From assembly GCA_963575745.1 (NCBI GenBank), contig CAUYUJ010000070.1:124001-188000 (forward strand): a stretch of DNA of 64,000 nucleotides, read 5' to 3'. The notes beneath the pieces are model-generated. The model had not been told where the DNA came from. It was given only the letters and a program-made list of their open reading frames with translations, and made no database searches. A program made the position numbers and the translations under genes. The stretch comes from Prorocentrum cordatum (taxonomy: Eukaryota). Positions 52,826 to 64,000 of the stretch are shown piece after piece (positions within the stretch are counted from its first letter, which is position 1; each line of letters opens with the position of its first letter).

Positions 52826-52958
52826 GGGGGGGGGGCTGGGCGTCTGAGGGGGTTTGGCCCTTCCGCCTGCCCAGGCCCGCAGGGGCCGCCCCGTTTCGGT
52901 GTCGAAGGGGTGTCCCTTTCCCTTTGCCTTGAAGGCCCCGCCTTTAACTTTAACTTTA
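51160..52958 (+). mobile_element. SL-headed retroposed element or retrogene inserted in the AGCACGGCAGAACAC minisatellite
   Basis: TCCGTAGCCATTTTGGTTCAAG (21/22) at 51160-81; intronless ORF; 3' tail of CTTTAA repeats; same minisatellite on both flanks. Confidence 0.8.
51221..52750 (+). CDS. Hypothetical 509-aa Ala/Gly/Glu-rich protein with an N-terminal coiled coil and an internal duplication of about 47 aa
   Basis: ATG 40 nt after the SL, open frame, high G/C at third codon positions. SEFEDLGSExGQFLRxxFSxGSExAAExELARAAWLER occurs twice. Confidence 0.65.
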   Translation: MVREVLAGVAAARWAADNLARRLDGELREAKEVIASLQAQLERGSRGDAAEAEARRRDAIARPALGARVRVRRETRAQRQRRNVARHAERCPSADAPPQAWRRAQRGPRLPGGPLPGDGRGGAAQSAIVCEVETCVCEVQPPIECALDACVAEAPAQLPSARVAAARAPLRSSAQPCLPEWARWAALLEELGVAQLAEQGCGEGGAESTEAEEIIAEFGCDAEDDRAAAARCSAWRPRRNGGSLAGGSEFEGGSEFEDLGSEHGQFLRGGFSGGSELAAECELARAAWLERSGPRRGGDGGSKHRAKETPRPPSVAVVEAPVGGAAIERAVGVEPPLVADSVDCAAGDGRSSSEGLFVSFLGGFSVAAVARAAKGPKSGVGSLLDLAEARALGTRLGSAGCPDAEDHEDGFAGDSEFEDLGSESGQFLRDEFSDGSEQAAEHELARAAWLERTGSRREGAESSLEADAPGARAQERLAAAEAAQAAILSGDLAEGLRLLEAAQVFGQAE

Positions 52959-53460
52959 GCACGCAGACCACAGAGCAGACAGGGACATGGTATAACACAC
53001 AGGGGCACGGCATAACACCAGAACACACAGCAGCACGGCAGAACACAGGAGCAGGGGGAGCACGGCAGAGCACGACAGAGCACGCAGGAGCACGGCAGAA
53101 CATACAAAACACATAGGAGCACGGCAGAACAAGCAGGAGCGCGGCAGAACACACAGGAGCAAGGCAAAGCACATTGGAACGCGGCAGAACACATGGAGCA
53201 CGGCCGAACACACAGAGTACATAGGAGCACGGCAGAACACACAGTAGCACAGCAAGACACACATGAGCGTGGCATATCACACAAAACACATAAGAGCACA
53301 GCAGAACAACCAGCAACACGGCAGAACACACAGGAGCACGGCAGACCACATAAGAGCACGGCAGAGCAGGACCATGGCCCATGGCAGAATACACAGGAGC
53401 ACGGCAGAACACACGGGAGCATGGCAGAAGACGCAGGAGCACGGCAGAGTACAGAGAAAA
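52958..53460. repeat. AGGAGCACGGCAGAACACAC minisatellite (also 47900-48020 and 50905-51159)
   Basis: Direct reading. Confidence 0.9.
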
Positions 53461-54166
53461 TCTAGTCGCACAGCCGCACCCACAGGCTCACGCACATAGG
53501 CACACGCACACAGGCACACGCACACGCACACGCACAGACAGACAGACAGACACACACACACAGACACACACACACACGCACACACACGCACACACACACA
53601 GTGGCAGCACGGCAGGGCAGCCCAGCATGGCAGGGCAGCACGTTCACGCAGACCGCGGGAGCACGGCAGGGCAGCACGGCATAACACAGCAGTGCCGCAG
53701 ACCACCACGCACGGACACATACGCACATTTGCTACGCACGCGCGCGCACGCGCACACGCACGCCCGCCACGACACACTTGCGCAGCGCACGCTAAGAGCG
53801 TAGGGCTCCCAGAAGCCCAGAACACAAAAAGACGCTTCCCGTTCTTGTCTGGTCAGGTCTCTCAGAATCTTTCAGAATCCTTCAGAAGCTCTCAGATGCC
53901 CGAAGGATTCCCCTGGAGTGGTTGGGATCTCACCCGTCCCAGCTATGCTTGGCGGTTGTGATCTGACCCGTCCCGTTGGGATCCATCTCGCCCGACCGGT
54001 TGTGATCTGACCTTTCCTCGCTGGCCGAGGCCCCCCCCCGTTCCCTCGCCCCCCCCCCTCCCGTTCCTCGGCCCCTCCCCCCCGCTTCCTCGCTTCTTTC
54101 GCCCCCCCCCCACCTGTTCCGTCGCCCCCCCCTCCCCCAGTTTCATCGCCCCCCGCCCCCCCATTT

Positions 54167-54340
54167 TCGGGGGACGAAATCTATACATATCCACTGCTCC
54201 CTGGCCAGGCCCATCCTGAACCAAGGAGCTGTGTATACGCCCTCCTGGCCAAACCAGGAGGGCGTGGCGTATACACAGCTGCTGTGTTCAGGATGGGACT
54301 GGCCAGGGAGCAGTGGATATGTATAGATTGCGTCGCCCTA
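54167..54340. mobile_element. 174-bp palindromic MITE family B, 5-bp TSD CATTT
   Basis: Same length and termini as the 20845 copy, with a different TSD. Confidence 0.9.
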
Positions 54341-54362
54341 CATTTGGCGCCGGGCCATCGAG

Positions 54363-54413
54363 GTCAGCTCCATGGCCCGGAGGATCTACCTCATCGGCCA
54401 GTCGCTGATGGCG
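54363..54413 (+). CDS. Type-1 rhodopsin exon f (start of helix F): VSSMARRIYLIGQSLMA
   Basis: GAG|G acceptor, G|GT donor, 51 nt, phase 0-0, all codons end in G/C. Confidence 0.7.
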
Positions 54414-54977
54414 GTGCGGCCCCCGCCCGTCCGCGCGCCGCCCCCCCCCCCGCCGCCCGCGGGGGGCACCTGCCGCCGTCGCTGCTCGGGGGGGCAGCGT
54501 TGGGGGGGGATCGTTTTGATGGGGGGCCGCCAGCTCGGTTCTCCTCCCCTTCTCTTTTTTCCACCCCCCCTCCTCCCTCTCGTGTTCATCCCTCCCTTGT
54601 CTCCCTCCCCACCACCATCCCTCGCCTCTTCCCCCCCCCCCTCCTTCCCCCTCCCTTCCCCCTCCTCGTCTCCCCCTCCCTCCCTTCCCTCCCTTTACCT
54701 CCCTCCTTCCTCCCTCCCTTCCCTCCCTCCCTTCCCTCCCCTCCTTCCTTACCCCCCTCCCCCCCCCTGTCTTCCTTCCTCTCTCCCCCCCTAGTTTTCC
54801 TCCTCCCCCCTTCCCTCCCTCCCTTCCCTTCACTCCTCCCCACCCTCGTCATCCTCCCCCCCTCGCCGCCTCCCCGCTCCTGCCACCGCTCCGGCCCACT
54901 GCCCGGCTCCTGCTCCTCCCCGCCTTGCTTGTGCTGTTTTCTGTGTCTTGTTCTGGGCGCCTCCGGCCGCGTCTGCC

Positions 54978-55111
54978 TTACGTCGGGCGTGTCATAATAT
55001 AACAATTGGTCAGGCGACGGTGTTTCGATTCTGTTTGACTTGTGTGAATACTCTTTGAATATTTTTACGTTTCCTCGAAGATCCGCCTGTAGGAGGACAT
55101 GCCCGACCTAA
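54978..55111. mobile_element. Family A MITE, degenerate (further ends at about 10453, 12400-12434 and 13440)
   Basis: TTACGTCGGGC...CATGCCCGACCTAA; TSD not recoverable. Confidence 0.7.
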
Positions 55112-56738
55112 GCCTTGACGGCGGAGAAGCGGTTGCTCTTCCCTCCGATTCGCTTCGAGTTCGATGGCCTCCGACGCCGATTCGATTGGGCTTCGGATTC
55201 CGATCCTGGCTCCGATTTCTCGGTGGAGGCCCACTGGCCTTCCGATGTTCGCCAATTCGCCTCCTCCCGACTCGGCTGCCGACTTCCGCCGATCCGACTC
55301 ACTGATGACAGCGTTAGAGTGGGATCGTTCGGTAGCAGCCAGCAAGATGAAATGGAAGGCTCCCGTGATCTACTTGGACGATCGTGATGAGTACGGAAAG
55401 AATGTGCGCTCAGAAGCCGACAGTTTTCCTTGTTCATTTTGATCACGACTTGCCGTCGGCGTCCATGCGGACGTTGCCCATTTGAGGCGGAAGGCTTCCT
55501 GTCCAACAGCGGCCGCTGCCGATCTTGATCATTTGTTTTTGGCCATCGTACCTCGTACCCATTTCTTTCGTACCCGTTTCGGGCCCCCCAGATGGGGTCC
55601 GAGTAGATTAGGTTGAGGGATCGCTCCGCGGCGACGATGCATCGACGATGTGGCTCGATGTAAAACCAGTTGCTTCTCCACGCCGATGGCGCCGATGCAT
55701 CGCTGACGTTGCCGATACAGCTACTCGGACCTCATCTGGGAGGCTCCCATGAGTTGCCGCAGGGGGGTCGGCCCGGGGGGGGCTTCGCGACGCCGAATTG
55801 CCCATTGATCGCCTATAGGGGCCTCATAGCCTTCCCGCCGTTTTGGGGGGGAAAGTTCGGTGGCAGCTCACGGGAGACTTGATTGTCCTCGACATTCCGC
55901 TTTTAGTGTGGATAAGCGTGCGTTAGCGTCTCGTAATCGATGAGAAAGCGCCGGTCTAGCATCGATTTAGCGTCGATGTTGCGTCCAGAGCGTCGATTCG
56001 CATCGGTCCGCGCCAGATAGCGTTGGCTCGCAACAGCCAGCAAGATGACATGGGAGACTCCCTCGAGTTGCCGTTGAAGTCTTGTGATGTTCCAACCCAA
56101 TTTAGCCTTGATCACCAGACAGAAATTCGAGCACCCAAAAAAAGTACCGAAACTCAAAGGTTTTCACGTGTCGGGCCTTGGGAGACATTCGTTCGACACT
56201 GTTTCGACACTCGACACTTTTCCGGGTGCTCGAAAACATATGTCTGGGATGTGGTCCTTAAGTATGATGGGGAGAACGTAGCAGTAGGCGAGGGTGTCAC
56301 GCCGCGCCTCCCAATCGCCCCTTGATCGCCGACAGGCGGCCTGATAGCCCCCCACGCCCAGGAGAACTCGCGGATTGGCTATCGGGGGCCTCTCGCCGGT
56401 CTATCGGCGGTGGATCGCCGATTTCGGATCGATGGTTCCCCACACCCCCCCCCCCCCCCCCCCCCCCCCCCCCAGACATCCGGCTGCTCCAGTTTTTTCG
56501 ATGCGTGGGCCCCGGAGTTCCGGACCACTTCTCCGGGGCCAGTTTTTCGTCCCGAGTCGTCTTTGGACGCTCCCGAGGCCCGGCGAGGATCCCCAGAGGC
56601 CAAAGTCAGCCCAAATCCGCCCGTTTCCATTTTTTGGAGCGTCGGATCTCTGGGCCTCAGCCAGTCCCCCCCGCGAACGTTCCCCCGCAGACGTCGCGGG
56701 CCGTCGTCGTCCCAGATCTCCGACGCATTGGACTCAGA

Positions 56739-56873
56739 GGCGACGATAAGGGCGAATAGCCCAGGGGAGAGCAATACATGTATCCAGGGGCGCCGATGAT
56801 CTAGGTCTTCGACAGGGCTCCCGGGCGAATACGTGTAATGCCCGCCCATGGGCTATTCGCCCTTATCGTCGCC
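56739..56873. mobile_element. MITE-like element with a perfect 25-bp TIR
   Basis: GGCGACGATAAGGGCGAATAGCCCA / TGGGCTATTCGCCCTTATCGTCGCC. Confidence 0.75.
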
Positions 56874-57324
56874 GCCGATCCCCCCCGAACGTTCCCCCGC
56901 GGACGCCGCCGACGTCATCGTCCCAGATGCCGACGCACTGGACGGCGGCTTCTTCCAAGGGCGCCCTCGAGGGCGCGAAGTTATTCGCGCTTCGTGCTTC
57001 GCGGCTCGGCTCCGATCCCTCCTCATCCTCCTCTTCTCCCCCTGGGAGGCGGCGCGAGAGCGCGAAGTGCTTCGCACTTCGCGCTTCGCGAAGCGCGAAG
57101 CGCGAAGTGGGGAGCCCTTGCCTCTTCTCGGGCCTCGGCCCGCGAGAGGGCGGCCCTCGGGCTCTATGGGGCCGCCATGGGCAGGACCGGCCTCGGGGCT
57201 CGGAGAGCTGGCCGGCCCCCGGGGGGACGGGGAGGCTTGCCAGGGACTCCGCACTGAAGAAGGTATTCGGGCGGGGCTGGGATCAGGGGCAGCGATAGGG
57301 GGCGGGGAGGGAAGAGGCATAGGG

Positions 57325-57377
57325 TTAAGTCGGGCCTGTCCCTCTACACCCCCTGTAGGGGGACACGCCCGACTTAA
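57325..57377. mobile_element. Minimal 53-bp family A MITE (TIRs only)
   Basis: TSD GCATAGGG at 57317-24 and 57378-85. Confidence 0.9.
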
Positions 57378-58851
57378 GCATAGGGCATAGGGGGGGATGC
57401 ATCGGCCCCCAGTCGCCCATTGATCGCCGATGGGGGCCCGATGACCCCAACCTGCCCAGAACCGTGCGGATTCACCATCCGAGGCCTATCGTCGATGTAT
57501 CGGCGATTCCAGGTCGATGTGTCTCCCCCTATGCCAGTCCCCCCTCTATCGTTGCCCCTCATGGGACAAGGACGAATCCGTTCCAGAGCGTCCCGGAAAG
57601 CTCTCAGAGCGTTCTGGAACGCTCTGAGAAGGCCGTGGCGCCCGAGACATCTTCTAGAGCCGCCGAGATCTCAGAGGTTCTCGATTTGTCCTCACCCGAA
57701 TTCTCCTCGTCCTGGTTCCGTCTTCAGTACCTCATTCGATTTGTCTCATTCGAGTTACCCAGTCCTGGCATGCTCTCCCTCATTTCGGCTTGTCTGGGGG
57801 CTGATTTCGGCCTTGGGAGGTCAGACGCATGGATCCGAGGCGGAGCAACTGCCCCCCAGAGAGGGGTGCCGGAGCTCTGTAGTCTTGGTCCTGGAGTCAT
57901 GCTGGCAGTGTTGGTCGTCGTCATCGCCGTCGCCGTCGGAGGAGGAGGAGGCGAGGGTAGACGAGGAGGAGAAGGAGGAAGAGCATGAGCAGGAGCAGGA
58001 GGAGGAGGAGGAGAAGGAGCAGGAGCAGGAGGAGGTGGATGAGGAGCAGGAGCAGGAGCAGGCGCAGGAGCAGGAGGAGGATGAGGAGGAGGACGATGAG
58101 GAGGAGGAGGAGGAGGAGGAGGAGGAGGGGGAGGAGGAGGAGGGGAGGAGGCGGAGGAGGAGGAGGAGAAGCAGGGAGGAGGAGGAGGAGCAGGAGCAGG
58201 AGCAGGAGGAGGTGGATGACAGGAGCAGCAGGAGCAGGAGCAAGGAGTGGAGGAGGAGGAGGAGGAGGAGAGGAGGAGGAGGAGGAGGAGGAGGAGGAGG
58301 AGGAGGAGGGAGGAGGAGGAGGAGGAGCAGGAGGAACGGGCAGGAGGAGGAGGAGCAAGATGAAGGCGGAGAGGATGGAGGACTTATGCATTTTTTGAAG
58401 GAAAATGGGGAGGGTGGGAGGCAGGGAAGGAGAAAGGGAGGGAGGGAGGGAGGGAGGGAGGGAGGAGGAAGAGGATGAGGAGGAGGAGGGGGGGTACGGA
58501 GGGGGTGGATGAGCAGCCTCAGGGCGAACACGAGGAAAGGCAAGAAGACGCGATGCCGGAGGATGGAGAAGAGGGAGGAGGGAGAAAGAAGCGCAGGAGG
58601 GTCACCCTCGCTTCCCGTCGCTCACCTCCGTGTCCTTCCCTCACCTCGCCCAGAGCCAATCCTGACCCGATCGATCCGACTCCCAGTCCACTTCGATTCC
58701 GACGTTCCGACGAGCCGACGAGGCACGATGCTCGCATGGCGCCTTCTGTAGATCCTGGCGCGGCCGACTCGATCCGATCCCGGCTCCGCGCGGCCGCTGC
58801 GGTCCGATCCTGGCACGCAGTCCGATTCGCATGACTTGCCGATTCGGTATT

Positions 58852-59019
58852 TGATGGGCCTGTTTTCCACCACCACCACCACCACCATAAGTTGGAGGAG
58901 GAGGAGGGAGTCCTCCTGACCCTCCTCTTCGTCCTCCTCCTCCTCCTCGTCCTCCTCCTCCTCCTCCTTCCCCCTCCAACTTATGGTGATGGTGGTGGTG
59001 GTGGAAAACAGGCCCATCA
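58852..59019. mobile_element. MITE with TIRs of about 45 bp containing (CAC)n; another left end at about 24417
   Basis: GATGGGCCTGTTTTCCACCACC..ATAAGTTGGAGG and its reverse complement. Confidence 0.8.
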
Positions 59020-59487
59020 GTATAGATCTTACCCCAGTCCCCAGCCCTCCCTCCACGGCCCTCCCCACGCTTCGCTCCCAGCCCATCGCTCCCCCGCTCG
59101 TTGCTCTCGCGCCCTTCCCTCCTTCCTTTCGCTGCTGCTGCTCCTTCCACTGCTCCTCTGCCCCCCTTTCCTGCTGCACCTGGTCCTCGTTCTCTTGATA
59201 CTTATCCTCCTCTTCCGTGGTCTCCCCCTTCCCCTCCTCTTTCCCAGCGGCGAGCCGGGGGGGGGGGGATGGGGGAACGTGAGAAGGGACAGGCCTTCTC
59301 AGAGGCTCAGAAGGGGCAGGCATTCTCAGAGGGGCAGGCCTTTTGAGAAGTTTTCGGAGCCTTCCCCGAAGACAAAGAAGACTTCTCAGAAGGCGCGAGG
59401 GCTTCTGAGAGGCCCCGCCGCCACTCGAATGGCCGCGAGGATTTCTCTGATCGGCGCTGGGGCCCCCTGGCGCGCTCCGCGCGCCAG

Positions 59488-59893
59488 CGAGGGGGAATCC
59501 AGTGCGGATCCAAGAAATCCGCGCGGACTTCCGAGTTTCTATGTTTGTGCCATTTGTCGCTCCCCTATATTCGCCCTCTTCTTCATCCTCCTCCGATTCT
59601 CGCCGACCCCAGCGCGGATCCGAGAAATCCGCGCGGACTTCCAAGTTTTTATGTTGCTGCCCTTCCTCGCTCCCCTATATTCGCCCTCTTCTTCATCCTC
59701 CTCCGATGCTCGCGCGGACTTCGAGTCTTATGCTTATGCCATGTCTCGTTCCCCTGTATTCGCCCTCTTCTTCATCCTCCTCCGATGCTCGCGCGGACTT
59801 CGAGTCTTATGCTTATGCCATGTCTCGCTCCCCTACGCTCGCCCTCTTCGTCATCCTCCTCCGATGCTCGCCGATCCCGCCCTTCCACCTTCG
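59488..59893. mobile_element. 406-bp insert with imperfect TIRs and internal tandem repeats of about 75-110 bp
   Basis: Ends CGAGGGGGAA / TTCCACCTTCG; the unit CCCCTATATTCGCCCTCTTCTTCATCCTCCTCCGAT occurs four times. Confidence 0.6.
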
Positions 59894-59953
59894 GTGTACC
59901 CCGCCGTGTGGATCTGCGGCGACCTGCGCCTCCTCCCGCCGCACGTCGAGCAG
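59894..59953 (+). CDS. Type-1 rhodopsin exon g (helix F, F-G loop): VYPAVWICGDLRLLPPHVEQ
   Basis: YPxxWxxG..L.P...E aligns to BR Y185-P186-W189...E204; all codons end in G/C; CAG|GC donor. No AG lies directly upstream; the likely acceptor CAG at 59485-87 is separated by a 406-bp insert. Confidence 0.75.
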
Positions 59954-60994
59954 GCGCCTCTGGCCTCCGGCGGGCCCGCGCCTTCGGCGCGTTCGAGGGC
60001 AGGGGAGGGAGGACGAGGAGGGGTTCCTCCTCCTCCTCCTCCTCCTCCTGAGGGATGGGGGAGGATTGAGCATCGAGGGAGATCGAGCATCTAGGGTGGA
60101 GGAGGATCCAGCGTCGAGGAGGAGGAGGAGGAGGAGGAGGATCGAGCCTCGCGGAGGTCGAGGAGGAGCGCGAGGAGGGGGGTGAGAAGAGAGGGCGGAG
60201 GAGGAGGAGGGTGAAGAAGGAGGAAGAGCATGCGGGCGAGGAGCCAGCAGGTAACTGATTATGCGAGCAGGGAGGAGGGAGGAGGAACAAGCTTCGAGGA
60301 GAACGAGGAGGTGGTGGAGGAGGAGGAGGAGGAGGAGGGAGGAGGAGGAGGTTGAGGGAGGCAATGGGAGGAGGGGGGAGCAAGCGAAGAGGGACGAGCA
60401 TCGAACCGAATGAGGAGGATCGATCACCATCGTTGATGATGAGGATGATGATCATTACCATCATCACGACTTTCACCATGGTCATGATGATCATGATGGT
60501 GATAATGTTGATGATATTGCAGATTACGATTGTGGTGATGATGGTGATGCTGATGATACTGATGCTCATGCTAATGGTGATGATCATGACGAAGCTGGTG
60601 TTTATGATGATGATGCTGATGGTGCTGACCATGTATACGATAAGGATGATGGTGGTGGTGGCGATGCTGACGACGACAATGATGATGCTGATGATGAGGT
60701 TGCTGATAATGATGATGCTGATGCTGATGACATGATGGTGATGCTGATGACGACGATGCAGATAATGATGATGCTGATGCTGCTGTTTGTGCTGATGATA
60801 ATGATCATGCTTGTGCTGATGACAATGATGTCGATGTCAATGATGATGACGATGTTGATGATGCAGATGATGGGGAGGATGCATACATTTGTTCGGATGA
60901 GAAGGGTGATGATGATGCTGACGATACTGATGATGATGATGATGACGATGATGCTGGTGATGATGATGATGGTGATGGTGATGGTGATGGTGAT

Positions 60995-61025
<31 letters not shown>

Positions 61026-62768
61026 AGGTTGTTCCTGATGATGGTGGTGGTGGTGATCATGCTGATGACGGTGATGAGGATGTTAACGAGACTGACTATG
61101 TTGATGTTGTTGATGCTGATGCTGATGCTACTGATGCTGACGACCGTGATGATGATGCTGAATGTGTTGATGCTGATGATGCTGATGATTCTGCTGATGA
61201 TGATGAATACGGTGATGAAGATGCTGACTATGATGATGATGCTGATGATGATGATGCTGGTGATGATGATGATGATGATGACGATGCTTATCATGATGTT
61301 GATGCTGATGATGATGAACATGATGATGGTGCTGCTGATGATGATGATGATGAGCTTTAGTATGATGATGATGATTGTGATGCTGATTATGCTGATGATG
61401 CTGATGCTGATGATGATGCTGACACTGAGGATGCTGATGATGATGATGATGACGGTGAGGAGGAGGATAAGGAGGAGGAGGAGGAGGAGGAGGAGGAGAG
61501 GAGGATGAGGCGGAGGAAAGGATGAGGAGGATGATGAGGACGAGGAGGGAGAAGAGGTGGAGGAGGAGGGTGAAGAGGAGTAGGAGGAGGAGCGAGGAGG
61601 GATGCTGGTGCTGATGATTATGAAGAAGAATAATATGATGATGCTGCTGCTGATGATGATGAGGATGTGGATGAGGACGAGGATGACGATGAGATGAGGA
61701 GGAGGAGGAGGAGGAGGAGGAGGAGGAGGAGGAGGGGGAGAAGGAGGAGGAGGAAGCGGAGAATGAGGAGGAACGAGAAGGAGGAGGAGGAGGAGGAGGT
61801 TGAGGAGGAGGAGAAAGAGGAAGAATCATCGGATCGAGTATCGAGGTGGAAGAGGACGAGGAGGGATGAGGGCAGTGGATGAGGAGGAGGAGGAACACCT
61901 TTCATTGAGGAGGAGGAGGACGACGACGAGGATCGAGCACCGACGCGGAAGAGGCTGGGAGGGCGGCGGGCGGAAGAGGACGAGGATGAGGAGAGGAGGA
62001 GGCGGAGGAGGAGGAGGAGGACGAGGAGGAGGACAAGGACGAGGGGGGGACAAGGAGGAGAAGGACATGGCGCCAGTTAAACAGTGTTTTGGCAATTTCG
62101 TTGACCATGTTTGTCTGATTTCGTTCTGCAGCAAGGTTGGGAACGGGCCAGAACGAGGGACATCGAAAAGAAAACGGCAGCGGAAAGCACTTTTGAGTTC
62201 GAGCCCGGGAGGAGGAGGAGGAGGAGGAGGAGGATCGAGCATTTGTGCCTCTCTTCTTGTCCTCCTTGGTTGCGCAGGTCTCCTGTGGAGCCCCCTCAGC
62301 CTCCCCGGCTGGGGCCTCCCCATCTGGGAGTCGTGACTGGGGGGGGTTCTCCTCCACCTTCCTCCAAGGTGTGAGCGGGCCCGCGCGGTGGCGGCCCGCG
62401 GTGTTGTGTGGGGCGCTTCAGGCACTAACTGGCGTTCCCACGGAGCGAAGCGAAGCGAAGTGATGGGGGCCGGAGGAAGGAGCTCTTGCCTTGCCTGCTG
62501 GAGGCCGGCATGCCTGGCCGCGCCGCCTCCGGGACTTCGCCCTGGCCGCTCTTGCGCCTCCAGCCGCGGATGGATGGGGGGGTCCCTCTCTTTTTGTTTC
62601 CCCTCTGTCTCTCTCTCACTCTCCACCTTGTTCTTCTCAAAGGGGAGGAGGGGGAGGAGGAGGAGGCGGAGGAGGAGGAGGATTTCGATTGCAATGAAGA
62701 GGAGGATGAGCAGGAGCAGCTTGCTCGCACACGACCACCTCGTTCATCACCCTCACCATCACTATATG

Positions 62769-64000
62769 GTAGCCATTTTGGCTCGCGCCATATTGGCGCT
62801 TGAGACCTGGGGGCAGCTGCCCTTGCGTTTCTTTGCTCTGCTTGCTCCACCCTTTTTCCGACCTGCTCGGGTTCCGATTAGCTCGGGGGCGCGATGGTTC
62901 GCAAAGGCATGGATGCGTTGACATCCGAGCTGGCGGCTCAGGTGGCCAAGGTGACGACTCCTTCTCTTCGGTGCTGGCTCAGGTCTCTGCGTTGTCTCTC
63001 GCGCCAAGGCTTTCCAAATTGGGTTGGGCGAGCAAAATGCGATCATTGCTAAGACTGGGAAATCGCTGGCCTCCTTCCGATCGCATTCGAACAGCAAGGG
63101 CGCGATCGCAGCGAAGCCGGCCGCGGCAAGTCTGCGAAGAACGCCCCTGCCGTTATTCGTTCTCGTCTCAGTTCTCCCGACTTGTTGTCGAAAACCGTTT
63201 TTGTCGATTTGGAATGCGAAGTGCAACCGTAATGTTTTGTTCGAAGTGTGCGTTGCAGCGTTCTCCTCGCGCGTCACTGGGCAAGTGAAGTCGGCGATGG
63301 AGGCCCCCCCCAGGGACTTCTCGACCTCCAGAAGCAGCTTCCGACGCGATACGTTGCCGTCGCGTCTTCGAGCACGCCGCCCCCGAGGGCCCTCGCGCGT
63401 TGCGTTTCAAGCCCTTCACAAGGGTGGGGCGAACAACCACGCGGCCATGATGGGTAGGATCCGCAGCGAACTCGACGCGACAGTCAAGGCTGACCCGTCC
63501 CATTCGGAGCGGTGCATCGATCCGTCAGTCGGCGGCGGCTCCAGCTTCGCATCTTCCACGTTGCTAGGCCTAGCTCGGTTTGGGAAGCGCCTCGCGTTTT
63601 CCCGTTCCCTTTCCACGCGTTGGATGTCTGGCTGGAGGCGAGCGGCAGGGAGTTGCGGGCTAGGTCATGGGCCTGTTGAGTCTCTGACGGCCAGGCGAAT
63701 TCGCAGTTTGCTAACGCAGGGGATAGGTGGCTCACGCAGGAAACTGTCTCTCTTCGGCGCCCAGGCCGATTGCGAGAGGCACAACTTAGTCTAAGGGGGC
63801 GCGGATTACCGCTCCCCCCGCGTAGTCCCGAAGAAACAGCTATCTGTCGTAACTTGGAACGCTCTAGGCTTTAGGCCTCTCTACGAGTGATCGTGTTGGA
63901 ATTGTACGAAACCGCGAACATGCGCGTTGAAGCTGCACGGTGCTATTTTCAGGCGCAGCTGTGTGGTCAGCGTCCAAGAGTCGCATTGGCGTCCTGGGGC
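62769..64000 (+). mobile_element. Degenerate SL-headed LINE 5' end; APE endonuclease begins at about 63837 and runs off the window
   Basis: GTAGCCATTTTGGCTCgcG plus relic CCATATTGGC at 62769-62804. LSVVTWNA and VVSVQESHW lie in one frame with a TGA between them. Confidence 0.65.

Noticed and set aside
52793..52835. Poly(A) tail of a minus-strand retrocopy
   Set aside because: A T-run followed by a G-run within the 3' region of a + strand SL element; no matching TSD or minus-strand ORF, and possibly low-quality sequence.
62278..62336. Rhodopsin helix-G exon (LLWSPLSLPGWGLPIWES*)
   Set aside because: It has a good acceptor and G/C-ending codons, but the phase does not match exon g and there is no DxxxK. 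Helix G more likely lies beyond the window; cDNA would be needed before claiming a lysine-less opsin.

Overview
This is GC-rich eukaryotic DNA, almost certainly dinoflagellate: it carries exact copies of the 22-nt dinoflagellate spliced leader (DinoSL, DCCGTAGCCATTTTGGCTCAAG) and GC/GA splice donors. A Prorocentrum-like source is only a guess. Nearly all long ORFs in the supplied track are microsatellite or satellite artefacts. Two real systems lie underneath. (1) Seven micro-exons of 42-81 nt, spread over 58 kb on the + strand, splice into helices C-F of a microbial (type-1) rhodopsin with a non-pump motif (RIAEWVYTVP ... YPAVWICG ... E). Two junction defects remain unresolved, and helices A, B and G were not found. 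(2) Its giant introns hold several retro-inserts headed by a DinoSL. One is a complete 6.4-kb LINE (ORF1; APE-RT-CCHC-RNase H) whose first base is SL base 1, bracketed by a 16-bp target-site duplication (TSD) inside a (TAG)n microsatellite. The rest is MITE families with 5-, 8- and 11-13-bp TSDs, nested satellites, degraded LINEs and trinucleotide tracts. All coordinates and alignments were read by eye; no searches were run.
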